Positions 1 to 9,779 of a DNA stretch of 57,532 nucleotides are shown piece after piece. Numbering within the stretch: the stretch's first letter is position 1; each line of letters begins with the position of its first letter. The position numbers and the translations under genes are program-made. The stretch comes from a virus (Duplodnaviria > Caudoviricetes): the IMG/VR virus record IMGVR_UViG_3300017744_000007, positions 1 to 57,532 of that record; one strand, 5' to 3'. A model generated the notes under the pieces. That model was not told the origin of the DNA, searched no databases, and saw only the letters and a program-made list of their open reading frames with translations.

Positions 1-2823
1 AACTCATTATTGTCTGTTATGCCTAAGTCTATAGTTAATAAAATTAACGAAAGCTTAACTGCTGAAAAAATAAATAAAGGGCTTGCTCTTAGTAGGGCAG
101 ACGTTCTTAGTGCAGCTAGAAGCAATGTTTATTCCGTTCCCAATGTATACTTTGGAAATGATGTTTTGTCGCCTGAAATAAAAGAAGCCATACAAAGCAA
201 TCAAGACTTTTTAAAATTTATTGAATCTAACGGAGTTTTTAAACTTGCAAACATACCGTATCAAAAATTAACATCAAGCAATAAGAATATTGTTGATATG
301 TTATTTACAAGAGAAGGAGACAATTTAGTTTTTGACATAGAAAAAGTTAAGTCTATTATAGAAGGAGGTATTGATATTGCTCCAATAATGTTTAACAAAG
401 AATTGCATTATATTGATTTAAAATCTATTGTTGATAATAACAATCCTTCTCAGTGGATTAAAAAAGCAGACACAGTAGAAACTACACCAACACCTCCTCC
501 TGGTAAAGACTCTGCAATAGTTTTAGCAGAAACATTAAAAAAAAAGGGCGATAGGATTATGAGAAGAAAGGTCATTAATGATTCTGCTTTAAGAAGCTTT
601 AATCAAGACATGACTTTAGAAGAATACTTTGAAGCTAGAGGTTTGAAAAAGTCTTTAATGAAAAACGACACTATCTCTCAGGAAGTAGAAAAAGAATTTA
701 GAAAACTTAAAAACTCTAAAAAGTTTATAGACTCTTTGCTTGACAACAAAAATGAATTTTCTCTTTCTAATATGTCTAAGTTTACTAAAGAAGAACTTAT
801 GGGTACTGCTGTAGCTATTTCTACAGACGACTCTTTAGAGAAAGTAGGAAAGAACGCTATAACAAAAGAAATATCTATTCTTATTGCACAAAAAGCAAGA
901 GACGAACAGATGGCTTTAAATCCTGAAGGATATGCTGGAGCTAACGAAGGCGATGTATCTTTCTTTAAAAAGTGGCTAATGTCTAATGACGTAGACACAA
1001 ACAACCCAGACGTGCAAGCTATGACTAGAACTGTTGAAGAGCAGTACTTTAAGTTTACGCAAGAATACTCTAAGCAGGCTAGACCAATTAAGGTAATTGC
1101 TAAAAGCTTAAAAGCAGACTTTTATAAAAAAGTAGGAGCTGTAGAGTATGTAAAACTTTGGTTTAAGGGAGACCTGAATAAAGAGATTTACAAAAACGTT
1201 TACGAAATGAGAACTGATAAAGATGGTTCTGAATACATAGTTTTGAAAAAAGACACGACTACTCTTAGTAAAAATGAAAAAGCTTTTCACACAGAGTTTA
1301 GTAGAGTAATGCAAACAGTTAGTGGTAATGAACAATACACTGGTTCTATACCTTATCACACAATTAACTCTAACGAAGCTTTTATGAGACAAGGACTTTA
1401 TGGTATGTATTTAACTAGCGAAGGCATGGAGAACCACTTAAATAGTGTTCCTGTGTACTCTACCGACCCTATTTCTGGACAGCAGGTGAAAAGAACATTT
1501 TTAGAGTGGAAAGAGTTATATGCAAATAAAAACGTGTCTAAGTCTAAGTTCAAAAACCTAAAAGACTTTTCTGAAATAAAGAAAAGAGCAGAAGAGCTTT
1601 TAAAGTCTGGAGTAGATGAAGATGGTACTGCTATTGAGTACGACAGAGTAGCAATTAATTTACTGTTAGAAACAAACGAAACAAGCGGTTACATAGCTCA
1701 AGAGTCTGTAAACATGAAAGAGTTTGCGTCTTATGACTTAGAGTCTATTGCATTAAAGACATTAAGAACACAGATGTTTAATTATGGTTCTAATGACTTT
1801 ATAGGATTTAAGAACTTAGGATTTATGATTGATGGTGTTTTAGAATACAACGAAGACAATCCAAATCTTAAAGAGTGGGTTCAGACTATATACAAAGAGT
1901 ATTTAGCTAAACAAGGCCCTAAAAAGAAAACGTCTAAATTAGGTAAAGCTGCCGATGCTTTTGTATTGTTTACTACACTTAAAGTCTTAGGCCCTTGGAA
2001 CATAGGAATACCTTTAGGAAACATAGCTATTGGCAAGTATCAAGCTATGAGAGCTTCTGGTATGAAGCAGTTTATAAAAGGTGAATCAAGATTTTTAAAT
2101 CCTAAAAACTTTAAAAAGAATGCAGCCCTTATAAGAAACTATGTATCGTTTGATATGTCTATGTATGAAAACTTTTATTCAATGCAGGAAAAGACTCCAT
2201 TTGACCAAATAGCAGACTTGATAATGTTGCCGATGGAGCAGTCTGAAAAATATATACAAGGAGCTACTTTTTTAAGCTTTTTAACTGATGAAGAATACAA
2301 TAACATTAATGTAGATGAAAACGGATTAATTGTTAATAGTCCAATATCTGAAGAAAGGGTTATTGATATAATGGAAAAAGTTAAAAAAGAACAAGGTAAA
2401 GGATACAACACCACAAACCAAAGACTTACTGGTATGCACGCAACAAGCAGACTTTTATTTCAATTTAAAAAATATTTACCTACTTTAGTTGCAGAAAGAT
2501 TTGGTAAAGAAAGAGTTAATAGACTTGGACAATACCAAATAGGTTCTGTAAGAGCTGTTAAAAATGTAGTCACTGATTACATGACGGGTAAGATAACCTA
2601 TGAAGAACTAAAGAATCAGCCTAAGCACGTTAGAGAAGGTGTAAGAAAGTTTAGAAACGGAGTCTTTTTAAGTCTTGCTATTGCGTTAATGGCTGGATGG
2701 GACGAAGAAGATGACTGGAAAGACAAACTAAGTAGAGACACGCAGCTTCTATATGATACTGATAAATATAAATATAGATTAGCTCCTTCTGCATATTGGA
2801 ATATTAAATCTATGGTAGACTAA
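1..2823 (+). CDS. 5'-truncated C-terminal part of a giant virion cargo protein (crAss-like virion RNA polymerase-associated)
   Basis: Frame 1 is open from base 1 (NSLLSVMPK...), so the start lies outside the window. Helical protein ending in GKGY...RLLFQFKKYLP...ERF plus a hydrophobic helix (GVFLSLAIALMAGW), resembling C-termini of large ejected proteins. Precedes the tail genes. Confidence 0.65.
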   Translation, partial: NSLLSVMPKSIVNKINESLTAEKINKGLALSRADVLSAARSNVYSVPNVYFGNDVLSPEIKEAIQSNQDFLKFIESNGVFKLANIPYQKLTSSNKNIVDMLFTREGDNLVFDIEKVKSIIEGGIDIAPIMFNKELHYIDLKSIVDNNNPSQWIKKADTVETTPTPPPGKDSAIVLAETLKKKGDRIMRRKVINDSALRSFNQDMTLEEYFEARGLKKSLMKNDTISQEVEKEFRKLKNSKKFIDSLLDNKNEFSLSNMSKFTKEELMGTAVAISTDDSLEKVGKNAITKEISILIAQKARDEQMALNPEGYAGANEGDVSFFKKWLMSNDVDTNNPDVQAMTRTVEEQYFKFTQEYSKQARPIKVIAKSLKADFYKKVGAVEYVKLWFKGDLNKEIYKNVYEMRTDKDGSEYIVLKKDTTTLSKNEKAFHTEFSRVMQTVSGNEQYTGSIPYHTINSNEAFMRQGLYGMYLTSEGMENHLNSVPVYSTDPISGQQVKRTFLEWKELYANKNVSKSKFKNLKDFSEIKKRAEELLKSGVDEDGTAIEYDRVAINLLLETNETSGYIAQESVNMKEFASYDLESIALKTLRTQMFNYGSNDFIGFKNLGFMIDGVLEYNEDNPNLKEWVQTIYKEYLAKQGPKKKTSKLGKAADAFVLFTTLKVLGPWNIGIPLGNIAIGKYQAMRASGMKQFIKGESRFLNPKNFKKNAALIRNYVSFDMSMYENFYSMQEKTPFDQIADLIMLPMEQSEKYIQGATFLSFLTDEEYNNINVDENGLIVNSPISEERVIDIMEKVKKEQGKGYNTTNQRLTGMHATSRLLFQFKKYLPTLVAERFGKERVNRLGQYQIGSVRAVKNVVTDYMTGKITYEELKNQPKHVREGVRKFRNGVFLSLAIALMAGWDEEDDWKDKLSRDTQLLYDTDKYKYRLAPSAYWNIKSMVD

Positions 2824-2847
2824 TTTTATTAAATTTACAAAAAAAAC

Positions 2848-3123
2848 ATGGCTAATATTAATGACCACCATAATCAATCATTCGCTAGGCAAGGCACAAA
2901 ATTTTTGTCTGGTTCTCAACTAAATGGCGTTGCTAAAGGAACTTACGTTGCTGTACAATTTATTACTGACTGCACTCCAGGTTATTTAACCACTCATTTT
3001 GAGCCAGGAGTAGAATATGGAACTATTAAATATCTTGCTGGAACAATAATATATATTGACGTAGCTTCTATTAGATTAAATTCTGGCGAAATAGCAATAT
3101 TATACGAAAGAGTGCCATGTTAG
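2848..3123 (+). CDS. small beta-rich putative virion protein
   Basis: 91 aa ORF in the late block; stop overlaps the next start. No family recognised. Confidence 0.5.
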   Translation: MANINDHHNQSFARQGTKFLSGSQLNGVAKGTYVAVQFITDCTPGYLTTHFEPGVEYGTIKYLAGTIIYIDVASIRLNSGEIAILYERVPC

Positions 3124-3830
3124 GATTAGGACTTAGTTTAGCAAAGCCATATAAAGTATCTAAACCCGCATTTAACGTATTAGATATAGATTCTTTGGTT
3201 ATATATAATGAGTATCAGACTTGGACTTACAGCTCTGGAAGCACAGTAAATGCTTGGCCTAATCATTCAAGCTTATCAAGTAATTATAATTTGTCACAAT
3301 CAAACAAAAGTTTTTTTCCAGTAGAAGAAAATGGAAAACTTAACTTTAACAATCAATCTATTAATGGACAGCTAAATTACGCTACACAAATAGATGTAAC
3401 TAACTTTACTTTAATTATGTCTTTAGACTTAAACAAACAAGTTAATTTAGCAAACGAAGCTATTATTGGTAGAGGTTTAAACGATTTATTAAAACTTTAC
3501 AGAGGAGGTGCTGCTAAAAGAATAGGATTTAAACTAGAAGGAACTAATTATGATGAAAACAATCTTGATGTAGACTTTCCTGTAGGAGAGTTTATTTTGA
3601 CGGCTACTAGAAGTTTAAGCGGAGTAGTTGTTTTTTACTTTAACAATGTTGAGGTTGGAGGATTTAATACAAACCCAAACGAAGACTTTAGAATAACTCA
3701 AATAGGTTCTGGACAATTACACTCTTCTGTCAAGTACGATGGATACATTAATGAAGTCTATGTGTTTGAAAAAGTTTTAAGTGACGAAGAGAGAAACAAT
3801 GTTATTAACTTTGCTTTAAATAAATTATAA
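3117..3830 (+). CDS. putative ConA/LamG-like lectin-fold tail or decoration protein
   Basis: N-terminal MLGLGLSL motif; C-terminal IG...YDGYINEVYVFEKVLSDEER pattern typical of LamG-like folds. Confidence 0.65.
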   Translation: MLGLGLSLAKPYKVSKPAFNVLDIDSLVIYNEYQTWTYSSGSTVNAWPNHSSLSSNYNLSQSNKSFFPVEENGKLNFNNQSINGQLNYATQIDVTNFTLIMSLDLNKQVNLANEAIIGRGLNDLLKLYRGGAAKRIGFKLEGTNYDENNLDVDFPVGEFILTATRSLSGVVVFYFNNVEVGGFNTNPNEDFRITQIGSGQLHSSVKYDGYINEVYVFEKVLSDEERNNVINFALNKL

Positions 3831-3831
3831 A

Positions 3832-5061
3832 ATGAAGTGGATAGGACAACATATATGGGATTTTATATCTAGGTTTCGTAACGATGTATACTTTGAAAAC
3901 CTACAAGGTAGCTCAGAAACTACTGCACTTGTTATTGACTCTGACGGCAAGGTAACAACGAACAGTTTGACTGGAGGTAGTGGAGACTCTGAAGCTAGTA
4001 AAGTGAGACTTCCAGTTAGATTTAAAGAAGCTGTTGTTAAAGGTGACCCAGTATACATATCAGGATACAACAGTGGTCAAGACAGAGCAGAGGTACAAAA
4101 AGCTGATTCTGATGATGCTAATAAAATGCCATCATTTGGTTTGGCAGATGCTGACTATTCTTTAAATGATAATGGTTATGTAGTATCTATAGGTAACTTA
4201 GCTGATGTTGATACTAGCTCATACTCTGTAGGAGACACTCTTTACGTAGCTTCTGGTGGCGGATTAACAAGCACAAAGCCTGCAACTGAATTAAACTTAA
4301 TACAGAATGTTGGTGTAGTTACAAGGTCTCAACAAAACAGTGGTATGATTGAGGTAGTTGCTACAGGTCGTAGCAATGATGTTCCTAACTTAGATGAAAA
4401 TGCTATATTTCTTGGGGACTCTAACGATAAATCTGTTCAGACTGACGCACCTATGATTGGACTTGTAACTGCTGCTGATTCTGCTGCCGCAAGAACTGTA
4501 TTAAATGTAGACGTGTCTGGTACTGACAACTCAACAAATGTAACGTTGACTGGTACGCCTGATTATATTACAATATCAGGACAGGAGATAACCAGAAATC
4601 AAATAGACTTAACAGCAGACGTTACGGGGGTTTTGCCATCTAATCAGGTTAAGCAAATAAGCATGAGTAATCATCACTTTTTTATGAACAGTGCAAGCAC
4701 TACAGCTGACTTCTTTTTTCCATATAATAACTTAAACGAAGCTAGCAGCACAAGCCAATACTACACAAGAACAATAGCTCCTTATGCTGGGAAGATTGTA
4801 AAAGTAATCATAAGACCTAGTGCAGCTATTGGAACAGCCTGCAAACTACAGTTCCATAAAATAACAGACACAACATTAAACTTTGGAACAGCATCAGAAG
4901 AAGTTACCAATGTAAATTTAAACACGGCAGAGACATCAGTGTCTACAGCATTTAGCTCTGCAACATTTGCAGCAGGAGATGTAGTAAATGTTTCTTTAAT
5001 TAAATCAGCATCAGGAACAGCTAACGTCCAAGCAGTTATCGTTTGGGAATACACAATATAA
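3832..5061 (+). CDS. putative tail fibre / structural protein
   Basis: Thr/Ser/Ala-rich, beta-type. Contains KGDPVY...GDTLY...GGLT...P...Q.VG.V domain common in phage structural proteins, and a C-terminal APY.G...F.AGD domain. Confidence 0.6.
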   Translation: MKWIGQHIWDFISRFRNDVYFENLQGSSETTALVIDSDGKVTTNSLTGGSGDSEASKVRLPVRFKEAVVKGDPVYISGYNSGQDRAEVQKADSDDANKMPSFGLADADYSLNDNGYVVSIGNLADVDTSSYSVGDTLYVASGGGLTSTKPATELNLIQNVGVVTRSQQNSGMIEVVATGRSNDVPNLDENAIFLGDSNDKSVQTDAPMIGLVTAADSAAARTVLNVDVSGTDNSTNVTLTGTPDYITISGQEITRNQIDLTADVTGVLPSNQVKQISMSNHHFFMNSASTTADFFFPYNNLNEASSTSQYYTRTIAPYAGKIVKVIIRPSAAIGTACKLQFHKITDTTLNFGTASEEVTNVNLNTAETSVSTAFSSATFAAGDVVNVSLIKSASGTANVQAVIVWEYTI

Positions 5062-5062
5062 T

Positions 5063-5836
5063 ATGGCACTAGCAGACAGAAAATCACAAGATATATTTAA
5101 TAAAAGAACTGGAAGCGATAGAGACGCTAAAAGTATAGACACGTCTAAAGAAACTGAAATAAAAAGTAAGTTTGATAATGGCGAACATATATTAGACCAG
5201 GGTATGTTTGAAAACTTAGCACCAGCCTTATACGCGGTACAACAAGTTGCAGACGACATAGAGGAATTAAGAAGATTTGTTTCTTCTGAAATAACAAGCA
5301 TAACCACTAGTCAAGCTTCAGCTATAACAGCTAATACAGCTAAGACTTCAATAACGACAAGCCAGTCTAACGCTATAACAGCAAACACAAATAAAAGAGA
5401 TGCTAGATATATATTTATACCTGTTATCTGTAACTTTTATGGAGAGATAACCACAGAGTCTTACGTTCCTTTTTCTGATGGAGAAACAGAAAGCACAGCA
5501 AACTCAAACAGAAGAAATCAATTTATAGCCCCATTTGATGGTCAGTTTCACAAAGCTATATTTAGAAGCAATCAAAGCTTACTTGAAAGAGGCAAGGGGG
5601 TTACTCTTACTGTAAAATCTAAAAGAGCTAGAAACAACAGCTCAACTGTTGATGATTTAGAAACAGAGACAGTAACAACTACAGCGGCAGAAAACTTTAT
5701 GGAAGTAACATTTTCTTCTACATCTTCATTTAACAAGGGAGACAGGCTTTTAATGTCTATGAGCCTGCCTAGTGTTCCAAGAGGAAACAAAAACTGGTTT
5801 GTCACTGTTATATTTAAAATAGACCAAACTACGTAA
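5063..5836 (+). CDS. putative tail fibre protein
   Basis: Coiled-coil with a duplicated TSITTSQ.xAITANT.K unit; C-terminal domain paralogous to that of 3832-5061. Confidence 0.55.
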   Translation: MALADRKSQDIFNKRTGSDRDAKSIDTSKETEIKSKFDNGEHILDQGMFENLAPALYAVQQVADDIEELRRFVSSEITSITTSQASAITANTAKTSITTSQSNAITANTNKRDARYIFIPVICNFYGEITTESYVPFSDGETESTANSNRRNQFIAPFDGQFHKAIFRSNQSLLERGKGVTLTVKSKRARNNSSTVDDLETETVTTTAAENFMEVTFSSTSSFNKGDRLLMSMSLPSVPRGNKNWFVTVIFKIDQTT

Positions 5837-5845
5837 GAACTTTAT

Positions 5846-5853
5846 TATCTTTG
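5846..5853 (+). promoter_or_regulatory. Bacteroidota -7 promoter box TATCTTTG
   Basis: Matches TAnnTTTG; intergenic; 4 nt before the ATG at 5858. Confidence 0.7.
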
Positions 5854-5857
5854 CAAT

Positions 5858-6127
5858 ATGTATAAGACATACGTTATAAAAAACCTTCAAACTACCGACA
5901 CCACTTTAAGAGACGGCGAAGAATTGTTTTCTGTTTATGTATCAAACACGTCTACAGATGACCAAACGTTTAATTTAAAGATAGATGAAGTTTATGTTTA
6001 CGAAGGAGTCGTTATACCCCCTAGCGTAACTTTAGTTTTAGACAACCCAATTATTTTTGACACAAGTAGGATTACGGTTTCAGCAGGCGTAGCAGATAAA
6101 CTTGACATAACATACACCGTGAAATAA
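5858..6127 (+). CDS. small beta-sandwich-like hypothetical protein
   Basis: 89 aa; stop overlaps the next start (TAATG). Confidence 0.55.
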   Translation: MYKTYVIKNLQTTDTTLRDGEELFSVYVSNTSTDDQTFNLKIDEVYVYEGVVIPPSVTLVLDNPIIFDTSRITVSAGVADKLDITYTVK

Positions 6128-7164
6128 TGAAATTGAGAATTTTTATATTTTTATTTTTAGCGTTTTTTGCAAATACAGCAGACGCACAACTTAAAAAACC
6201 TTTTAAATTTTCTACTTTTTATATAGCGGCTAACGGTGGAACTTCTTTAGCTAACGAAAACATCTACTCGGTAAACAATAGCTTTCTTTCTACAGACACA
6301 ATAATAACACCTTTTGATTACTCTTTAACTATGGGTATTCGCAAGATAAAAAGGTTTGGCTATGAAGATGTTAGCAAGTTTAAAGATGGTACTGAATCTG
6401 CATACGGAGACGCTACTACTATTGGCTTATCTCCTTTTGAATATTTGTTTGAAGTGGACTACAGAAGACAAGAAGGAAATAAATATTTAGACCAACATCA
6501 TTTTCTTAGATACGTAAAGCCTTTATGGATGACTAAAGTATCATACATTAAAGAGGGTTTTGCAGACATTGAATATTACGAAGCTACACAAAGATTTAGA
6601 ATTAATGGCAAAAAGAAGCTATCATTTAATATAGGTGGAGTTCAAAGACTTGCAGAACCTTATGGATACAACCCGTTAGAAGAATGGCTAATAGCTTCGG
6701 GACAGCTACACTATACTTGTTTAGCGATTGAAGAAGGTTACAGCGTAGATGTATACGAATCTGAATATAGAGACCCAAACGGTAATTTAGTAGCGGAGAA
6801 CGCAACTATATGGAATCAAGTAGTTATACCTGAAGTACTAAATGACTACGTAGAAAAGAAAAAGAATGAGTTAGATAATCAATGGCAATACTCTTTGGTG
6901 GTAGGATTTGATTTTTATCATTACAAAAAGAATTTCTGGTTACACTCTTGGGGTAACTTAATGCCTTATCACTATGATGGTGGAGGTGAATACTCATATC
7001 ATAACTTTAACGATGGAGAACAATGGTATGACTACTCAGGAGGATTAATTTTTGGATACAACTTAAACAGAAACGTTGGTTGTTTTATAGAGGGTAAATA
7101 CAATAAGTATTGGAACAGAGAATGGTACGACTTTAAATTTGGTATAAACTATAGAATATTTTAA
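6127..7164 (+). CDS. signal-peptide-bearing putative outer-membrane beta-barrel protein
   Basis: Sec signal ending ADA|Q; alternating aromatic strands; C-terminal beta-signal-like FKFGINYRIF ending in Phe. Confidence 0.65.
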   Translation: MKLRIFIFLFLAFFANTADAQLKKPFKFSTFYIAANGGTSLANENIYSVNNSFLSTDTIITPFDYSLTMGIRKIKRFGYEDVSKFKDGTESAYGDATTIGLSPFEYLFEVDYRRQEGNKYLDQHHFLRYVKPLWMTKVSYIKEGFADIEYYEATQRFRINGKKKLSFNIGGVQRLAEPYGYNPLEEWLIASGQLHYTCLAIEEGYSVDVYESEYRDPNGNLVAENATIWNQVVIPEVLNDYVEKKKNELDNQWQYSLVVGFDFYHYKKNFWLHSWGNLMPYHYDGGGEYSYHNFNDGEQWYDYSGGLIFGYNLNRNVGCFIEGKYNKYWNREWYDFKFGINYRIF

Positions 7165-7165
7165 A

Positions 7166-7447
7166 ATGGCAAAAGAACTTAACGAAGAAACAGGGTTCAA
7201 CGTAAGCATAAAGACTTTATTGGGAATAGGTTTTGCAATGGCAACTCTTATTGGAATGTGGTTTACACTACAGGCAGACATAGCTGAAGCTAAACAGCTA
7301 CCAGCTCCTACACCAGCAGAAATTACTCGCATGGAATTTGATATGAAAGACCAGCTTGTGCGTCAAACAATTATGACTACGCAAGAAGACGTTAAAGAGC
7401 TTAAAGAGGCTATACAGAGAATAGAGGATAAACTAGACGGAAGATAA
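7166..7447 (+). CDS. single-TM protein with C-terminal coiled coil
   Basis: Hydrophobic TLLGIGFAMATLIGMWFTL followed by heptads (EDVKELKEAIQRIEDKL). Confidence 0.65.
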   Translation: MAKELNEETGFNVSIKTLLGIGFAMATLIGMWFTLQADIAEAKQLPAPTPAEITRMEFDMKDQLVRQTIMTTQEDVKELKEAIQRIEDKLDGR

Positions 7448-7797
7448 TGTTTAAGGCTCAAAGAAATATTTTTACTATATACTTGTTAGTTTTATTACTA
7501 TTACTGAGCTGTAATAAGGCTTTTTCTCAAATAGAAATAATACATTTTAATGCTGGTTTCAACTCAGCAAATAATGTTGCTTGGTTTGAAAAGTTAAGAG
7601 AGTGTGACAAACAAAGTCTTTTAATAGAAGAAGACAATAATCAAGTAGAATATCAAATAGCTGTTGTTCCTACAATAGTAGTGTTTGATGACGGTGAAGA
7701 GGTAAAAAGATTTCAAGCAGACATAAGTTTTAAAATGGTTGCTACAAGAAAAGAAATACAAGAATACATTGACGAATTAATAATAAGCAAATTCTAA
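7447..7797 (+). CDS. exported thioredoxin-fold protein lacking CxxC
   Basis: Signal peptide ending AFS|Q; HFNAGFNSAN aligns to the F.A.WCxxC position; YQIAVVPTIVVFDDGEEVKRF is the cis-Pro and C-terminal half of the thioredoxin fold. Confidence 0.7.
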   Translation: MFKAQRNIFTIYLLVLLLLLSCNKAFSQIEIIHFNAGFNSANNVAWFEKLRECDKQSLLIEEDNNQVEYQIAVVPTIVVFDDGEEVKRFQADISFKMVATRKEIQEYIDELIISKF

Positions 7798-9779
7798 TGA
7801 ACAGGTTTACTAAATTTTTATACGCATTTATTATGGTTGTAGTGTTTACACTATCAACTGCTTTTGCTCAATGTCCTAATGGAACATACTTAAACATTGT
7901 AATAAATCCAGACCAATACCCACAAGAAACATCTTGGGTTATTGTTAATGTTTACGGAGACACTATAGTTACAGGAGGGCCTTATACTAATATAATAGAT
8001 TATTCACCACAAATTACACAACTGTGTGTGCCTAACGGTGACTATTACTTTAACATATACGACACTTATGGCGATGGAATGCAAGGAAGTCTATGGGGTG
8101 GTCAAGATGGCTCATACTACCTAATAAGATGTAATGATACTATAGTTGAAATGGATTCAGCTAATTTTGGTACGTACACATATCACGGTTTTACAGTAGA
8201 AGACTGCGCACCTCCGCCTCCTGTATACGGTTGCATGGATAACGACTTTGTAGAGTTTTTACCAATAGCAACAGTTGATACAGGAATGTGTTACACTCCA
8301 AAGTTATACGGATGTACAGATGAAGAAGCATTTAATTATGACAGTATAGCTAATACAAATATACTAACAGATAGCTGCACACACACCTTAGAGTTGACAG
8401 ACTTAGCTGGTAACGGCTGGGCTGGAGCATATCTACAAGTATTTCAAGGTAACAACTTTTTAGGTATATTTACTTTAGAAGATGGTTTTGATACTACGTT
8501 TACTTTTGACCTTAGTATATCAGAGCCTGTGGAGATAAAATTTAATACTACTCAACAATCTCAGTTTACATCGGTACAATGCGGTTATAGTTTATATTCA
8601 GAGGAACATTTAACAATAAGCGAACCAGGAGGCTTTGCTAATCCTTTAATTCCTTTTGCTACAAACTTAGGTATGCCGTATTGCGGCAATAGTTGTATAG
8701 AAAAAATATTTGGTTGTATTGATGATACAGCTTTAAATTATGATGATGGTGCTAACACGGATGATGAAAGTTGTTATTACATTGAAGGATGTACTAATCC
8801 ATTGTATTTAGAATATAACGAAGACGCTGACTTTGATGACGAAAGTTGTTTAACTCCAATAGTTTTAGGATGTATGGACGAGTACGCATTAAACTACAAT
8901 CCTGAAGCAAACGTAGAAATAGAAGGTTATTGCATTGAAATTGTAGAAGGTTGTATGAATGAATTAGCATTTAACTACAACCCTAACGCTAACGTGCCTG
9001 ATACTTGTATAGCGGTAATAGAAGGTTGTATGATTGTTGAAGCTTTAAATTACGATTCTTTAGCCAACACTGACGATGGTAGCTGTACGCTCCCAGTTTT
9101 AGGATGCACTAATTCTGAATCATTTAATTATAATCCACTAGCAAATGTTGACGACAATTCTTGTATAGATGTTGTTTATGGATGCACAGATAATACAATG
9201 TTTAATTATAACTCAGAAGCAAATATAGATAATGGTAATTGCATACCTTTTTATTATGGATGTACAGACAGTACAGCAATTAATTATGACGATAACGCAA
9301 ACTCTGACAATGGGTCTTGTATTTATCCTTTGTATGGGTGCATTAATCCGTCTGCTATTAATTATAATCCACAAGCTAACATGGCAGACAGTAGTTGCTA
9401 TTACTCTGCTGGGTGTTATTCTGGTGATATATACTATGTGCCTAATGAATGTTTTAGCTGGGTTATCGAAGTAGACCCATATTGCTGCAATACAAACTGG
9501 GACGATGGTTGTGATGGACTTTACGAATATTGCGTAGATGGATGGACTGGGCCTGTGGGGGTTGAGACTTATAACAGACTTGGAATAAATCCCTATCCAA
9601 ATCCAACTAAAAATACTGTTAATTTTAATAACTTTGTAGATGTTGATGTTTACGATGCAAAAGGAATTTTAGTAAACAGACATAAAAAGATTAATGCTTT
9701 AGACTTGCCAAAAGGTATGTATCATTTAATAATAAAGTTTAATGAATTAATTTTCAACAAAACAATAGTTAAATTATAA
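7797..9779 (+). CDS. secreted Cys-repeat protein with T9SS type-A C-terminal sorting domain
   Basis: Signal peptide ending AFA|Q; 11 GC[TM]D..A.NY...AN.DD.SC repeats; C-terminal YPNPT...YDAKG...LPKGMYHLII...KTIVKL. Confidence 0.8.
   Translation: MNRFTKFLYAFIMVVVFTLSTAFAQCPNGTYLNIVINPDQYPQETSWVIVNVYGDTIVTGGPYTNIIDYSPQITQLCVPNGDYYFNIYDTYGDGMQGSLWGGQDGSYYLIRCNDTIVEMDSANFGTYTYHGFTVEDCAPPPPVYGCMDNDFVEFLPIATVDTGMCYTPKLYGCTDEEAFNYDSIANTNILTDSCTHTLELTDLAGNGWAGAYLQVFQGNNFLGIFTLEDGFDTTFTFDLSISEPVEIKFNTTQQSQFTSVQCGYSLYSEEHLTISEPGGFANPLIPFATNLGMPYCGNSCIEKIFGCIDDTALNYDDGANTDDESCYYIEGCTNPLYLEYNEDADFDDESCLTPIVLGCMDEYALNYNPEANVEIEGYCIEIVEGCMNELAFNYNPNANVPDTCIAVIEGCMIVEALNYDSLANTDDGSCTLPVLGCTNSESFNYNPLANVDDNSCIDVVYGCTDNTMFNYNSEANIDNGNCIPFYYGCTDSTAINYDDNANSDNGSCIYPLYGCINPSAINYNPQANMADSSCYYSAGCYSGDIYYVPNECFSWVIEVDPYCCNTNWDDGCDGLYEYCVDGWTGPVGVETYNRLGINPYPNPTKNTVNFNNFVDVDVYDAKGILVNRHKKINALDLPKGMYHLIIKFNELIFNKTIVKL
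8712..9398 (+). repeat. nine tandem ~26-aa Cys-bounded repeats (GCxD..A.NY...AN.DD.SC)
   Basis: Visible in the translation; two more copies at about 8230-8380. Degenerate at DNA level. Confidence 0.85.

Noticed and set aside
8229-9398. CRISPR array or DGR template/variable repeats
   Set aside because: The repeats are protein-level, degenerate in DNA and lack spacers; no reverse transcriptase or cas gene is seen.
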